Shown: one piece after another, positions 9,456 to 20,829 of the stretch
How the letters are laid out: each line of letters starts with the position of its first letter
How positions within the stretch are numbered: the first letter of the stretch is position 1
Assembly (NCBI GenBank): GCA_964507275.1
Contig: CAZDPG010000001.1
Coordinates: 276,577-340,576 of the forward strand
Length of the DNA: 64,000 bases
DNA from: an uncultured Candidatus Saccharibacteria bacterium
GTDB lineage: Bacteria; Patescibacteriota; Minisyncoccia; Phycocordibacterales; Phycocordibacteraceae
Reading direction: 5' to 3'
Notes under the pieces: generated by a model
The model's database searches: none
What the model was told of the DNA's origin: nothing
Seen by the model: the letters and a program-made list of their open reading frames with translations, nothing else
Position numbers and translations under genes: made by a program

Positions 9456-9686
9456 TCATTTCTGCATGAGTTCTGCGAGCTCGACGCGGTACTTCTTCAT
9501 CACGTCCATCGACGCTTTCATCTCACTTTCGCCACCTTTCTTCCGGCGCTCAATCTCTTCACCAATCTTTTTGAAAAGATCTGGATTCTTCACAATGAGT
9601 GCTGTCATTTGCTCGCGCTGTGCCTCCGGCATATCCTTCAGCTTCCACTTCGCGTATTGATTGAGAACAAAGCTCTGGACAGACAT
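9456..9686 (-). CDS. Small hypothetical protein (Lys/Glu-rich)
   Basis: 76-aa ORF that fits tightly between two same-strand genes. Composition is lysine-rich rather than Arg-rich. Confidence 0.4.
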   Translation of the reverse strand: MSVQSFVLNQYAKWKLKDMPEAQREQMTALIVKNPDLFKKIGEEIERRKKGGESEMKASMDVMKKYRVELAELMQK

Positions 9687-9692
9687 AGGAAA

Positions 9693-10145
9693 TCAGGAGA
9701 GGCGCGCACGCTGGATAATGCCGCGGATGGTGCGCGTCGTGAAGTACAGGGCGAGGAGCGAGAGGAGTGCGAGCGCTTCGGTCGACGCGAAGGAAGCATC
9801 AAACACACTGAGACCGGCACGATAATGACTAACCGCCGATATACCAAAGAGAAGCGTGCCCGAGAGCGCGAAGAGCGCGTTGAACCAGTGGATTCCCGAC
9901 TGCATCGGATTCGTGATGCCTGCGGCGATGACAAGGAGCGCAGCACTTACGACAGCGCCGGTCGTCGATAGCGGGAGATCCGCGCCGGTCGACTGCGCGA
10001 TGATGAGGACGAGTGCGCCCACAAGGAAGAGCACACGCACTTCGTCGCCATGATAATGCGGCACGCGCTTGCGGCGCGGAACGCTATCACCTCCATTCCC
10101 TTCAAACGTCATATCTCTAGTATACGCTTTGTACGTATGACGCAA
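9693..10145 (-). CDS. Hypothetical membrane protein
   Basis: Three or four TM helices. Sits directly downstream of atpC on the same strand. Confidence 0.5.
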   Translation of the reverse strand: MRHTYKAYTRDMTFEGNGGDSVPRRKRVPHYHGDEVRVLFLVGALVLIIAQSTGADLPLSTTGAVVSAALLVIAAGITNPMQSGIHWFNALFALSGTLLFGISAVSHYRAGLSVFDASFASTEALALLSLLALYFTTRTIRGIIQRARLS

Positions 10146-10148
10146 GCT

Positions 10149-10394
10149 CTAGAGGAGGATAGTCGCTTGATTATGCGAGACTTCTGCCACTCCTCCTTCT
10201 GCGACAACAAAGTGGTGTACCTCGCCTTCTTCTGTCGTGACACGCACGCGTCCGTCTCGCAACAAAGAGACGAAGGCTTCATGTTCGGCAAGAACCTCGA
10301 ACGTTCCTTCCGCACCAGGAAACGATGCCGATACGACAGGACCGTCGAAGACGTGTTCTCCGACTCTCGCAATCGTGAGACGAAACGTCTTCAT
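10149..10394 (-). CDS. atpC: F-type ATP synthase epsilon subunit (short form)
   Basis: MKTFRLTIARVGEHVFDGPVVSASFPGAEGTFEVLAEHEAFVSLL matches the epsilon beta-sandwich. Its position after atpD fits the operon order. Confidence 0.85.
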   Translation of the reverse strand: MKTFRLTIARVGEHVFDGPVVSASFPGAEGTFEVLAEHEAFVSLLRDGRVRVTTEEGEVHHFVVAEGGVAEVSHNQATILL

Positions 10395-10395
10395 A

Positions 10396-12697
<2,302 letters not shown>

Positions 12698-12703
12698 AGG
12701 TAC

Positions 12704-14263
12704 CTATGCGACGACCGTCAGATGCCGTGCGACGAACGCAGATAACTTCTCACGGAGCGTCGTGTCTGAATCCTCACGAATCTCTTTCGATTCTTTAATC
12801 GCCATGAGGACACCACCGGCCTCGCGCGAGAGATACTCTTGCAACTTCGCTTCAACCGCACCCACGTCCCCCGCCTCGACGGTATCAAGATAGCCGTTCG
12901 TTGCGGCAAATATGACCGCCGACTCCATCTCGAACGGAAGCGGCACGCCGCGACCCTGATTCAAAATCTCCGTCATGCGGCGACCGGCATCGATACGCTT
13001 CTTCGTATCGGCATCGAGGTCGGATGAGAACTGCATGAACGCTTCGAGCTCGCGGAACTGCGCCAGCTCAAGCTTGATCTTGCCCGAGACTTTCTTCATC
13101 GCTTTCGTCTGCGCAGCGCTTCCCACGCGCGAGACCGAGATGCCGACATTGATTGCCGGACGCTGACCTTTGTTGAAGAGATCAGCTTCGAGATAGATCT
13201 GTCCATCGGTGATAGAAATGACATTCGTCGGGATATAGGCCGAGACGTCCCCTTCTTGCGTCTCAATGATCGGGAGCGCTGTGAGCGACCCTCCGCCCTT
13301 TTCTTTGGAGAGCTTCGCCGCGCGCTCAAGAAGGCGCGAATGCAGGTAGAAGATATCTCCCGGATATGCTTCGCGACCTGGCGGACGGCGCAGGAGGAGC
13401 GACATCTGGCGATACGCAACAGCCTGTTTGGAAAGATCATCGTAGATGACGAGTGCATCCCTTCCCTGTTCCATGAAATATTCACCTATGGTCGCCCCGG
13501 CAAACGGCGCGAGGAACTGCAGTGCAGCAGGGGCCGAGGCAGGAGCGGTCACGACGATGGTGTACTCCATCGCGCCACGAGCCGCGAGCTCGGCAACAAT
13601 CTTCGCAGTCTTCGACTCCTTCTGCCCGATAGCCACATAGATGCAGATCGGCCGCGTTGCTTCCGGTTCGCTCTTCTGGTTCAAGATTGTATCGATAGCG
13701 ATACTGGTTTTGCCAGTGCCTCGATCACCGATGATGAGCTCGCGCTGTCCACGACCAATCGGAATCATCGCGTCAACCGCCTTGATACCCGTGTGAAGCG
13801 GGACATTCACCGGAGCGCGATCGATAACGCCATATGCTTCGCGCTCGATAGAGCGTATCTCCTTCGCACCGGTCGCGCCCTTGCCATCGACTGGTTCAGC
13901 AAGCGGATTCACGACGCGTCCGATGAGCGAATCGCCGACGTTGATGGAAAGCAAGCGTCCAAGGCGGCGCACGAGCATGCCTTCATAGACTTTCGAAGCA
14001 TCACCGAGGATCACAGTGCGCACCCCGTCTTCCTCAAGATTGAGGACAAGACCGTATATAGGCGCGGGATCTTTCAATGCTTCAGCGAGCGTCCGGTCGA
14101 AGGTAGGGTCGAAGAGCACCATTTCGGACATGGCGACTTTGGACAGACCGTCAATCTCTGCGATACCGTCACCGGTCGCGCGTACGATGCCTGTCTCCTC
14201 TGCACCTACTTCTGGTGCCCACGCAGCGATCTCTTTCTCAATTCTCTCGATGATGCTCTGCAT
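12704..14263 (-). CDS. atpA: F-type ATP synthase alpha subunit
   Basis: P-loop [18 protein letters not shown] and alpha-subunit blocks. Confidence 0.97.
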   Translation of the reverse strand: MQSIIERIEKEIAAWAPEVGAEETGIVRATGDGIAEIDGLSKVAMSEMVLFDPTFDRTLAEALKDPAPIYGLVLNLEEDGVRTVILGDASKVYEGMLVRRLGRLLSINVGDSLIGRVVNPLAEPVDGKGATGAKEIRSIEREAYGVIDRAPVNVPLHTGIKAVDAMIPIGRGQRELIIGDRGTGKTSIAIDTILNQKSEPEATRPICIYVAIGQKESKTAKIVAELAARGAMEYTIVVTAPASAPAALQFLAPFAGATIGEYFMEQGRDALVIYDDLSKQAVAYRQMSLLLRRPPGREAYPGDIFYLHSRLLERAAKLSKEKGGGSLTALPIIETQEGDVSAYIPTNVISITDGQIYLEADLFNKGQRPAINVGISVSRVGSAAQTKAMKKVSGKIKLELAQFRELEAFMQFSSDLDADTKKRIDAGRRMTEILNQGRGVPLPFEMESAVIFAATNGYLDTVEAGDVGAVEAKLQEYLSREAGGVLMAIKESKEIREDSDTTLREKLSAFVARHLTVVA

Positions 14264-14266
14264 ACG

Positions 14267-14638
14267 TTATGCGGTTACCTTCTGATAAATCTGAATAAGT
14301 GCTTGCTTTGCGGAATGATCGATAAGCTTCCCGCCGCCATGAGCTCGCCAGCCACGGATAAGTGAAGGATTCACCTGCGCATGTTTGGCAGTGATACCCT
14401 CTCGAGCTGCTGCGTGCAGGGCCACCGACACTTCGCTCTCATGTGCGACTTCGACACGAGGACGAAGCGCGGCGCGACGCGCAGCGACTCTCCGTAATTC
14501 ACCCGCAATCTTCGGAAGCATGTTCATGCGTCCCATACTCTTCAGATGGATGATGAGCTTCGTAATCGCTGCATCAGCAGCTTCCTTATCTTCGAGTTCA
14601 GCAGTCGCCTCGAGAAGCCGAGTGTACGTGTCAATCAT
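14267..14638 (-). CDS. atpH: F-type ATP synthase delta (OSCP) subunit, N-terminally truncated form
   Basis: Sits between atpF and atpA. The OSCP C-terminal domain motifs LPKIAGEL and GGGKLIDHSAKQALIQIYQKV are present. Only about 40 aa precede this domain, versus ~100 in the canonical protein. Confidence 0.7.
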   Translation of the reverse strand: MIDTYTRLLEATAELEDKEAADAAITKLIIHLKSMGRMNMLPKIAGELRRVAARRAALRPRVEVAHESEVSVALHAAAREGITAKHAQVNPSLIRGWRAHGGGKLIDHSAKQALIQIYQKVTA

Positions 14639-15081
14639 GCGCGTTCTTCGAGAACCTTTTCTGCAGCAAGCACCGCAAGGCGGGCGATATCCTTCTCGCT
14701 CTCACGCCGCGCCCGGAGCGTCGCCTCAGCGGCATGTGCTTCAGCGTCTTTGGTGACATGAGCCGCACGCTCTTCTGCTTCTTTCAGGAGTCTCGCCTTT
14801 TCAGTTGTGGCCGACTCACGCGCTGCTGCGACAATCTTCTCGGCCTCGACATCAGCTGCCTTTACGCGTTCCTCTGCCTCGCTATCAGCACGTGCAAACA
14901 GCTCTTCCGCCTGTTTCGCCTCCTCGACACTCTTGGCGACGAGCTCTTGCCGCTTCGCCAAAGTCGCAAGCACTGGCTTGTAGAGGAAGTACCAGAGCGC
15001 CACAAGGACAATGCCGAAGTTCACCGCTTGCGCGATGAGAAGACTCCAATTGACGCCGAAGGCTGCGAAGAGTTCTTGCAT
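14635..15081 (-). CDS. atpF: F-type ATP synthase subunit b
   Basis: Single N-terminal TM helix followed by a long Ala/Glu/Lys-rich coiled coil. Operon position fits. Confidence 0.75.
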   Translation of the reverse strand: MQELFAAFGVNWSLLIAQAVNFGIVLVALWYFLYKPVLATLAKRQELVAKSVEEAKQAEELFARADSEAEERVKAADVEAEKIVAAARESATTEKARLLKEAEERAAHVTKDAEAHAAEATLRARRESEKDIARLAVLAAEKVLEERA

Positions 15082-15097
15082 GGAACGTTAGTCCGGA

Positions 15098-15334
<237 letters not shown>

Positions 15335-15385
15335 TTACGTTGCAATAATAAAAGGCCCAGAATCCCGGAGCCGCATGAAGCGCCG

Positions 15386-16138
15386 CTAGTGCGCCTCGTG
15401 CGGATCCATGATCGCCAACTTGATGAAGAACAGGGTGAGCATCGCGAACACGAGCGCCTGCACGAGCCCGATGAACATCTCAAACCCCATAAGCGGCGCG
15501 GGAAGCACATACGGGAGGAAGTAAATAGCGACGAGTACCATTACTTCTCCTGCGAAGATGTTCCCGAAGAGACGAAATGAGAACGAGACAAGCCGACCAA
15601 GATTGCTCACGAGCTCGATGAGCCCGACAGCAAACCCGATCGGCGATTTTAGATTAACATACTTTCCAGCATACTTGAAAAAACCCAAGGTCGCGATGCC
15701 CGTGATTTCAATGGTGAAGAAGGCGATCATGGCGAGCGCAAGTGTGAAGTTGAGGTCGGTTGTCGGCGCACGCAGAATCGGCAGGAATTCTGATGCGTGC
15801 CAGAGGCCAATCGATCCAACACCAGGGAAAAACTCAATCTCGTTGATGAATGCGACGAAAATAAAGATAGATGCCACGAGCGGGAAGAAACGACGAGCAA
15901 GCTTCTCGCTCCCAAGCACATCAGCCATGTATGCGAGCGCCCCCTCGAACGCCCATTCGACACCCGCCTGGAGCTTCCCCGGGACGAGCGTGAGCGATTT
16001 GCCGAAGAAATACGCGCCCGTAATGAGAAGCGCCATCACGATCCACGCCATGATAAGCGAGTTGGTGATAGGAAAATTGAAAACGGAGCCTAATTGCTCC
16101 GCCTTGAGGACGACCGCGATACCCTCATGCATATACAC
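15386..16138 (-). CDS. atpB: F-type ATP synthase subunit a
   Basis: About 5 TM helices, a conserved Arg-containing helix, and first position in the operon. Confidence 0.85.
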   Translation of the reverse strand: MYMHEGIAVVLKAEQLGSVFNFPITNSLIMAWIVMALLITGAYFFGKSLTLVPGKLQAGVEWAFEGALAYMADVLGSEKLARRFFPLVASIFIFVAFINEIEFFPGVGSIGLWHASEFLPILRAPTTDLNFTLALAMIAFFTIEITGIATLGFFKYAGKYVNLKSPIGFAVGLIELVSNLGRLVSFSFRLFGNIFAGEVMVLVAIYFLPYVLPAPLMGFEMFIGLVQALVFAMLTLFFIKLAIMDPHEAH

Positions 16139-16213
16139 CCACTATAGCAGAAGACCCCTATTCCATGCTATATACTACGATAGTCCCACAGACTTAATAC
16201 AATCATATTCACT

Positions 16214-16465
16214 ATGGCAATAAACGCAGCACTATCGAAGCCCCTTACCCTCTCCCCTGAATTGGAGGCGGTCGTCGGAGCGGGCCCGATGCCTCGCACC
16301 GAGGTGGTCAAGCAGCTCTGGGTATACATCAAGAAGCATGACCTCCAGAACCCAGCAAACAAGCGCAACATCCTTGCAGATGACAAGCTGAAGCCGGTCT
16401 TCGGCGGAAAGAGCGAAGTCACGATGTTCGAGATGACGAAACTCGTCTCAGCGCATTTGAAATAA
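16214..16465 (+). CDS. SWIB/MDM2 domain protein (stand-alone)
   Basis: SWIB core LSPELEAVVGAGPMPRTEVVKQLWVYIKKHDLQNPANKRNILADDKLKPVFGG. Confidence 0.75.
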   Translation: MAINAALSKPLTLSPELEAVVGAGPMPRTEVVKQLWVYIKKHDLQNPANKRNILADDKLKPVFGGKSEVTMFEMTKLVSAHLK

Positions 16466-16501
16466 CTCGCGCTCCTCTGGGAGGATAAACCTCCGCACAA
16501 C

Positions 16502-16540
16502 AATCCCCGCCCGGCGAAGCCTTGCGGGGATTGTTTTGAT
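16502..16540 (+). terminator. Rho-independent terminator after the SWIB gene
   Basis: Hairpin aatccccgc…gcggggatt followed by gttttgat. Confidence 0.55.
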
Positions 16541-16545
16541 ATAGA

Positions 16546-16570
16546 AAAAGCCCGCGAGGTACGGGCTTTT
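16546..16570. terminator. Bidirectional hairpin terminator (aaaagcccg-cgaggta-cgggctttt)
   Basis: Perfect 6-bp GC stem flanked by an A-run on one side and a T-run on the other. It lies between convergent genes. Confidence 0.5.
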
Positions 16571-16587
16571 GCCTGAATTACACAGGC

Positions 16588-17244
16588 CTATCGTTCGACA
16601 AACAAGAAGTGCGTCCCCGGATTGCAGTAGACGCCGCCAGCCTCAAAACAGAGACCGCGCGCACCGTCCTGACCCCACAGATTGGGCTGGAAAGATTTCG
16701 GGCTGATGCCGCCATACGCCTTGCCGAAGATACCGTGTGGACATCGGAGTTGGACCTTCGGATACGTAGAGCCGAACGCAAGGATCTCTTCGTACGACGC
16801 GAGTCGATAACGCTCGCCACACATACCCTCCGCCTCATTTTCCGCCAGGTTGAGATTCCCTTCGAGAAGTTGACGGAGCTGAATCTTCACATTTTTCCTT
16901 CCCCTCCCGGCCCTGGTGTCAAAGTATAGCCGGGCATTCCCCATGTGGTCTACGACCCGGTCATATTGACCAGCGGTGACCAATTCTTCGAAGGAGAGGT
17001 CGTGGTCGACAACCATGGTAGGCTTCTTGGGCAAGAGCCCTAGAAACACACGCAACTCGTCCCTCGTCGGGAAACAGGTTCCGCGAGAGTAGCGAACCCC
17101 TTCGAGAAAGTCGCTCAGGAATCCATCGTGCAGGAAACGCATGTCGGTGCTGCTGATGTCTTGTTGATCAAAGATTTCAAGCGTGTGCTTGGCCTGTGCA
17201 AGCGTCGGCTTATTGCTCATAGGTATTTCCTTCCTATGTGGCAC
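16588..17244 (-). CDS. Hypothetical protein (no recognisable domain), part of a 2-gene cassette
   Basis: 218-aa ORF with a protein-like composition. The likely start is MSNKPTLAQ. Confidence 0.45.
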   Translation of the reverse strand: MPHRKEIPMSNKPTLAQAKHTLEIFDQQDISSTDMRFLHDGFLSDFLEGVRYSRGTCFPTRDELRVFLGLLPKKPTMVVDHDLSFEELVTAGQYDRVVDHMGNARLYFDTRAGRGRKNVKIQLRQLLEGNLNLAENEAEGMCGERYRLASYEEILAFGSTYPKVQLRCPHGIFGKAYGGISPKSFQPNLWGQDGARGLCFEAGGVYCNPGTHFLFVER

Positions 17245-17450
17245 TATCGTGAGATAGTTTGCTGACAGATTTTGCCGGATGGCTCCACCCCAGCGGTACT
17301 TCCGCGATTACTATACTTTAGAATCAGGAATCGTCAATCGAGACAAACATCCCTGCGGAGACTAAGCCTCCGCAAGACAACCCCGCGCGGGTGTTGTGTT
17401 GGTATAAAAAACGGACCCCCTTGCGAGGGCCCGTCGTCGGCCACTAGACT

Positions 17451-18563
17451 TCAGCCAGCAGTGGCGGTGATTTTCTTCAACTTTCGTGAAGCTTCTTCTG
17501 CTTCCCATTCAGCCCTCTGAATCGCCGAGAGTCGATTGTGCACGGTCTTCCGCAACTGGTATTGCAAGAGAAACCGTGCCGAGTTTGAGCCGACGTATGC
17601 CGCCTCCTCGACGGAGGTGACCAGGCGAGACTTTGAAACCGGGCTGTGGTATTCGCTCAACTCGGTCTGTAAAGCAATTTCTTCGAGCTTCGCCAGACAC
17701 ACATCGTCAAGCCCGACAAATTCGCCCCATCGTTGCGAAGGGTGCATTCCCCACAACAAATCGAGCTTATTGAGGCACGCCAACACCTCGATCGCCCAAG
17801 GCTTCGCCGAATCGACGCGTTGCCGCGTCTCAACGTTCTTGCTTGCGACCTCTTCGGGCTTGGAGGTCCATGACTCGATTTTCTCTTCCTCCCATCTGAA
17901 GATGACGCCGATGAGTCCAAGGAGGAAATTGGTCACGTGCGGTATCCCACGCACCGCTTCATCATGGCGGGAGATATTGCGAATCCCCCCCTTCCCCTCG
18001 ATCCTGAAGAAGTCGAGGATGATCGGGAAGAGCCGCCCAGACACAATACTCACGCCCCAAGGAGGATTGTTGCCCTTGTCAAAAGAGCGTTGCGATTCTT
18101 CAACTTCGGACCTGAAGAAATTGCGAACCAGCATGTCGAAGGCCTTTTGCGCCAACTGTTGGCGCAGTTCCCATAGACTCATTCGCTCGATATTCCCATG
18201 CTTGTCGTAACCGACGCGGTATTTCTTGTCTCCATCCGCTTCACTCTTCAGTTGGTAATAACCGTCGGCCCAGCCATCGGCGATGGCGAAGTAGGTCTCG
18301 AGCCGATCGATGTAATCGTACTCCTGCTCGCCACGCTCGTATCGGTCGAACCCGACACTGAACCCCCCATGCAATAGCCCGGCAAGCTGGTGTGTCGTGA
18401 CAGACGCATGCCAACAAGTCCGCCACTCGGCCCAATTGCGGGGCGGGCGAATCTCGCGCATAAGGAGCGGGTGGACTACATCTGCGGCAATACTGTTGGT
18501 GGTACCATCAGATTCAGACATTTTTACTGCCTCCGTTTCTTTCTCTAGGGTTATGCCCCGCAC
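17451..18563 (-). CDS. Hypothetical protein (no recognisable domain), part of a 2-gene cassette
   Basis: 370-aa ORF rich in W, Y and E. An internal Met (MSESDG…) may be the true start. Confidence 0.45.
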   Translation of the reverse strand: MRGITLEKETEAVKMSESDGTTNSIAADVVHPLLMREIRPPRNWAEWRTCWHASVTTHQLAGLLHGGFSVGFDRYERGEQEYDYIDRLETYFAIADGWADGYYQLKSEADGDKKYRVGYDKHGNIERMSLWELRQQLAQKAFDMLVRNFFRSEVEESQRSFDKGNNPPWGVSIVSGRLFPIILDFFRIEGKGGIRNISRHDEAVRGIPHVTNFLLGLIGVIFRWEEEKIESWTSKPEEVASKNVETRQRVDSAKPWAIEVLACLNKLDLLWGMHPSQRWGEFVGLDDVCLAKLEEIALQTELSEYHSPVSKSRLVTSVEEAAYVGSNSARFLLQYQLRKTVHNRLSAIQRAEWEAEEASRKLKKITATAG

Positions 18564-18625
18564 TGTGGCGGGACGGGTACATCCGTCTCAAACCATACTC
18601 TGAAGACGAGAATTGTAAAGAAACG

Positions 18626-19036
18626 CTATGCGACCAACTGCGCACAATGTGAACAGCGCTTCGCAGCAAGCGGTATCTCGGAGAGGCATTCCGGACATTT
18701 CTTGGTGGTAGGGTCTGCCGGAGCTTCTTTACGCGACCGAGCAACAAGGAGATTCATCGGCTTCACCACGAAAAAGAATACTGCGGCGGCGACAAGAAGG
18801 AAGGAGATGAGCGCGTTGATCAGGTGGCCGTACATAAACTTGCTTCCGTTTAGAGTGAAAACCAGTCCGCTGAAATCAGGGACCTTGGCGATGGCTGCGA
18901 TGAACGGGGTCAGGAGATCTGCGACGACCGCCGACACAACGGTACCAAACGCTGCACCGACCACGACGCCGACTGCCAAATCGACGACATTCCCGCGAAG
19001 GAGGAATTGTTTGAATTCATTCAACATGCCCTTCAT
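18626..19036 (-). CDS. mscL: Large-conductance mechanosensitive channel MscL (C-terminal Cys4 extension)
   Basis: MLNEFKQFLLRGNVVDLAVGVVVGAAFG is the MscL N-terminal signature. The ORF-track start at 19084 would overlap tRNA-Ala, so the start is placed at the internal Met at 19036 or 19027. Confidence 0.85.
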   Translation of the reverse strand: MKGMLNEFKQFLLRGNVVDLAVGVVVGAAFGTVVSAVVADLLTPFIAAIAKVPDFSGLVFTLNGSKFMYGHLINALISFLLVAAAVFFFVVKPMNLLVARSRKEAPADPTTKKCPECLSEIPLAAKRCSHCAQLVA

Positions 19037-19048
19037 GATAGCACTAAG

Positions 19049-19121
19049 TGGACCATAGGAGAGTCGAACTCCTGACCTCGTCAATGCGAATGACGCGCTC
19101 TACCAACTGAGCTAATGGCCC
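19049..19121 (-). tRNA. tRNA-Ala (anticodon CGC)
   Basis: Hand-folded cloverleaf GGGCCAT-TA-GCTC…, anticodon loop TTCGCAT, G3:U70 Ala identity pair, T-loop TTCGACT. Confidence 0.9.
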
Positions 19122-19157
19122 GCGTGAGATATGCTATCACGCTCAAAAAATATTTCA

Positions 19158-19228
19158 TCGGGCCGCCGGGAATTGAACCCGGCCTACCAACACCCCATGC
19201 TGGCGTACTACCGACATACTCCGGCCCG
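19158..19228 (-). tRNA. tRNA-Pro (anticodon GGG)
   Basis: 71-nt cloverleaf with acceptor CGGGCCG/CGGCCCG, anticodon loop ATGGGGT (G37) and T-loop TTCAATT. Confidence 0.85.
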
Positions 19229-19253
19229 TGATCCTTTCAAGAGACGTTCTCTG

Positions 19254-19324
19254 TCGGGCCGCCGGGAATCGAACCCGGTCTATACGAACCCGAATCGTAC
19301 GTACTACCGGCATACTCCGGCCCG
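19254..19324 (-). tRNA. tRNA-Pro (anticodon CGG)
   Basis: 71-nt cloverleaf with the same acceptor as the GGG isoacceptor, anticodon loop TTCGGGT and T-loop TTCGATT. Confidence 0.85.
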
Positions 19325-19343
19325 ACACAGAACACCTCCCGAG

Positions 19344-19417
19344 TGCGCTCCGCAGGATTCGAACCTGCGACCTTTCGCGTGTGAAGCGAACGCTCTAACC
19401 AACTGAGCTAGGAGCGC
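19344..19417 (-). tRNA. tRNA-Val (anticodon CAC)
   Basis: 74-nt cloverleaf GCGCTCC-TA-GCTC-AGTTGGTTA-GAGC…, anticodon loop TTCACAC, T-loop TTCGAAT. Confidence 0.9.
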
Positions 19418-19460
19418 GCGAACATTCCTACCATATCAGATATCCAATGAGATTCCCAGA

Positions 19461-19934
19461 TTATCCCTTCTTGAGTTGCTCAAGATCGGTAAGTACCCGC
19501 TGGAGATCCTTCGTGAGCTGCTCGATTGCGACTGTCTGGCGCTTCTCGTGCTGTTCTTCATCCGTCTCCTCTTCAGTGATCTCTTCCACATTCTCTTGAA
19601 TCTCGCCAACGTCTTCTTGAATTTCATCGACATCCTTCTGAATTTCATCGACATCCTGACTGATCTCTTCGATGTCTTCCTGGATGTCTTCCACGTCTTC
19701 ACTCACCTCAGCAAGTTCTTTGGCGTGGCGATTCACTGACATTTGGATGAATATGGCAAGGTAGATTGCTTCGAGCGAGACGAGTGTCGTGAGCACGAGT
19801 AGCATGACGCTCCATGAGACGATGCCCAGGAGCGCGAGCAAGAAGAAAGACACGAAAAATATCGTGTGGAGGATGAGCGAGTATACCGATCCAACTGAGG
19901 TGATTACTCTTTCAATTAAAGTCTCTCGGGGCAT
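19461..19934 (-). CDS. Membrane protein with C-terminal acidic heptad tandem repeats (coiled coil)
   Basis: Two N-terminal TM helices followed by DVEDIQEDIEEISQDVDEIQKDVDEIQEDVGEIQENVEEI. The encoding DNA is a roughly 21-bp tandem repeat. Confidence 0.55.
   Translation of the reverse strand: MPRETLIERVITSVGSVYSLILHTIFFVSFFLLALLGIVSWSVMLLVLTTLVSLEAIYLAIFIQMSVNRHAKELAEVSEDVEDIQEDIEEISQDVDEIQKDVDEIQEDVGEIQENVEEITEEETDEEQHEKRQTVAIEQLTKDLQRVLTDLEQLKKG
19575..19725. repeat. In-frame ~21-bp tandem repeat array (about 6 units) inside gene 19461..19934
   Basis: Units such as aatttcatcgacatccttctg / aatttcatcgacatcctgactg recur, and the protein repeats DEIQxDV. Confidence 0.6.
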
Positions 19935-19980
19935 CTTTTCAGTATGCCACTAGAGGTTCTTAATGGCTACTTGGGGAGAA

Positions 19981-20781
19981 TCAGAACTCCTCGAATATCG
20001 GGACGACATTTACTCTCGCTGACTTTACAAGAGGATCACCATTCGTCTCACACGAGACTGTGTACGTAGTTTGGGTGGTGATGACGTCTGATGCTCCCGA
20101 CGGGGAGAGATACGGGGCACCGTTCTTGGTGACGACACAATTCCCCACGTCCCTTGTCTCCCAGGTGATGGTGGATGAGCCGTTTACCCGCACGCGGACC
20201 GGCGACGCGCTAATGGCGACAAACGGATGGAGCACCGTTATGACCACTTGTGCCGCAGGACTGCACACGCCGCTCGCATACGCACAACAAATCTGATACG
20301 CCGACGAGTCGGTTAAAGGCCCGGTCGATATACTTCCGGAAGGCCCGACCGTGGACTCGGCGAAACCTCCTGACCACCGACACGACACCGCATCTGACGA
20401 TTCCCAGAAAAGTGTCGCGGACTGTCCAGTATCGATGGTGGTATCCCCCGTGGGAGACATATACATGGTCACGCTCGGAACGGGACACGAGGAATCTGGA
20501 GGTGTCGTCACTGAGCACGATCCATCGGACTGGACGATCCCGGTACTCGCCTGTCCGCATGCATTCGCAGGAGAAACGCAAGAAAGTACAAAACTCGAAC
20601 CGCACGCCGGGAAGACTTCACCTGCTCCCAACCGTTCTGACCATTTTGGAATTTTCGCAACTGTCCTGGAACCGGCTTCTTGCACAGCACTACTCACCGC
20701 AACAATTAATCCAAGGATGATGATGACCCCGAAGAATACTTGGTGCGCACGAGGAACTTCACTTACTCTTTTCATAGACAC
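19981..20781 (-). CDS. Secreted/anchored Cys-rich protein with beta-sandwich (Ig-like) character
   Basis: N-terminal signal anchor, more than 15 Cys, Ser/Thr/Gly-rich. Confidence 0.5.
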   Translation of the reverse strand: MSMKRVSEVPRAHQVFFGVIIILGLIVAVSSAVQEAGSRTVAKIPKWSERLGAGEVFPACGSSFVLSCVSPANACGQASTGIVQSDGSCSVTTPPDSSCPVPSVTMYMSPTGDTTIDTGQSATLFWESSDAVSCRWSGGFAESTVGPSGSISTGPLTDSSAYQICCAYASGVCSPAAQVVITVLHPFVAISASPVRVRVNGSSTITWETRDVGNCVVTKNGAPYLSPSGASDVITTQTTYTVSCETNGDPLVKSARVNVVPIFEEF

Positions 20782-20829
20782 AGTATATGTTCAATTCCCC
20801 GCATGTACCACGATTATCAACAAGTCCCA

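Noticed and set aside
13256-14365. 369-aa plus-strand ORF antisense to atpA
   Set aside because: Antisense artefact, since atpA on the minus strand has P-loop and signature motifs.
19037-19084. Upstream extension of mscL to the first ATG
   Set aside because: It would overlap the 3' end of tRNA-Ala(CGC). The canonical MscL N-terminus begins at the internal Met.
19131-19406. 91-aa plus-strand ORF across the tRNA cluster
   Set aside because: It is simply the antisense of three tRNA genes, and its product is Arg/Pro-rich.
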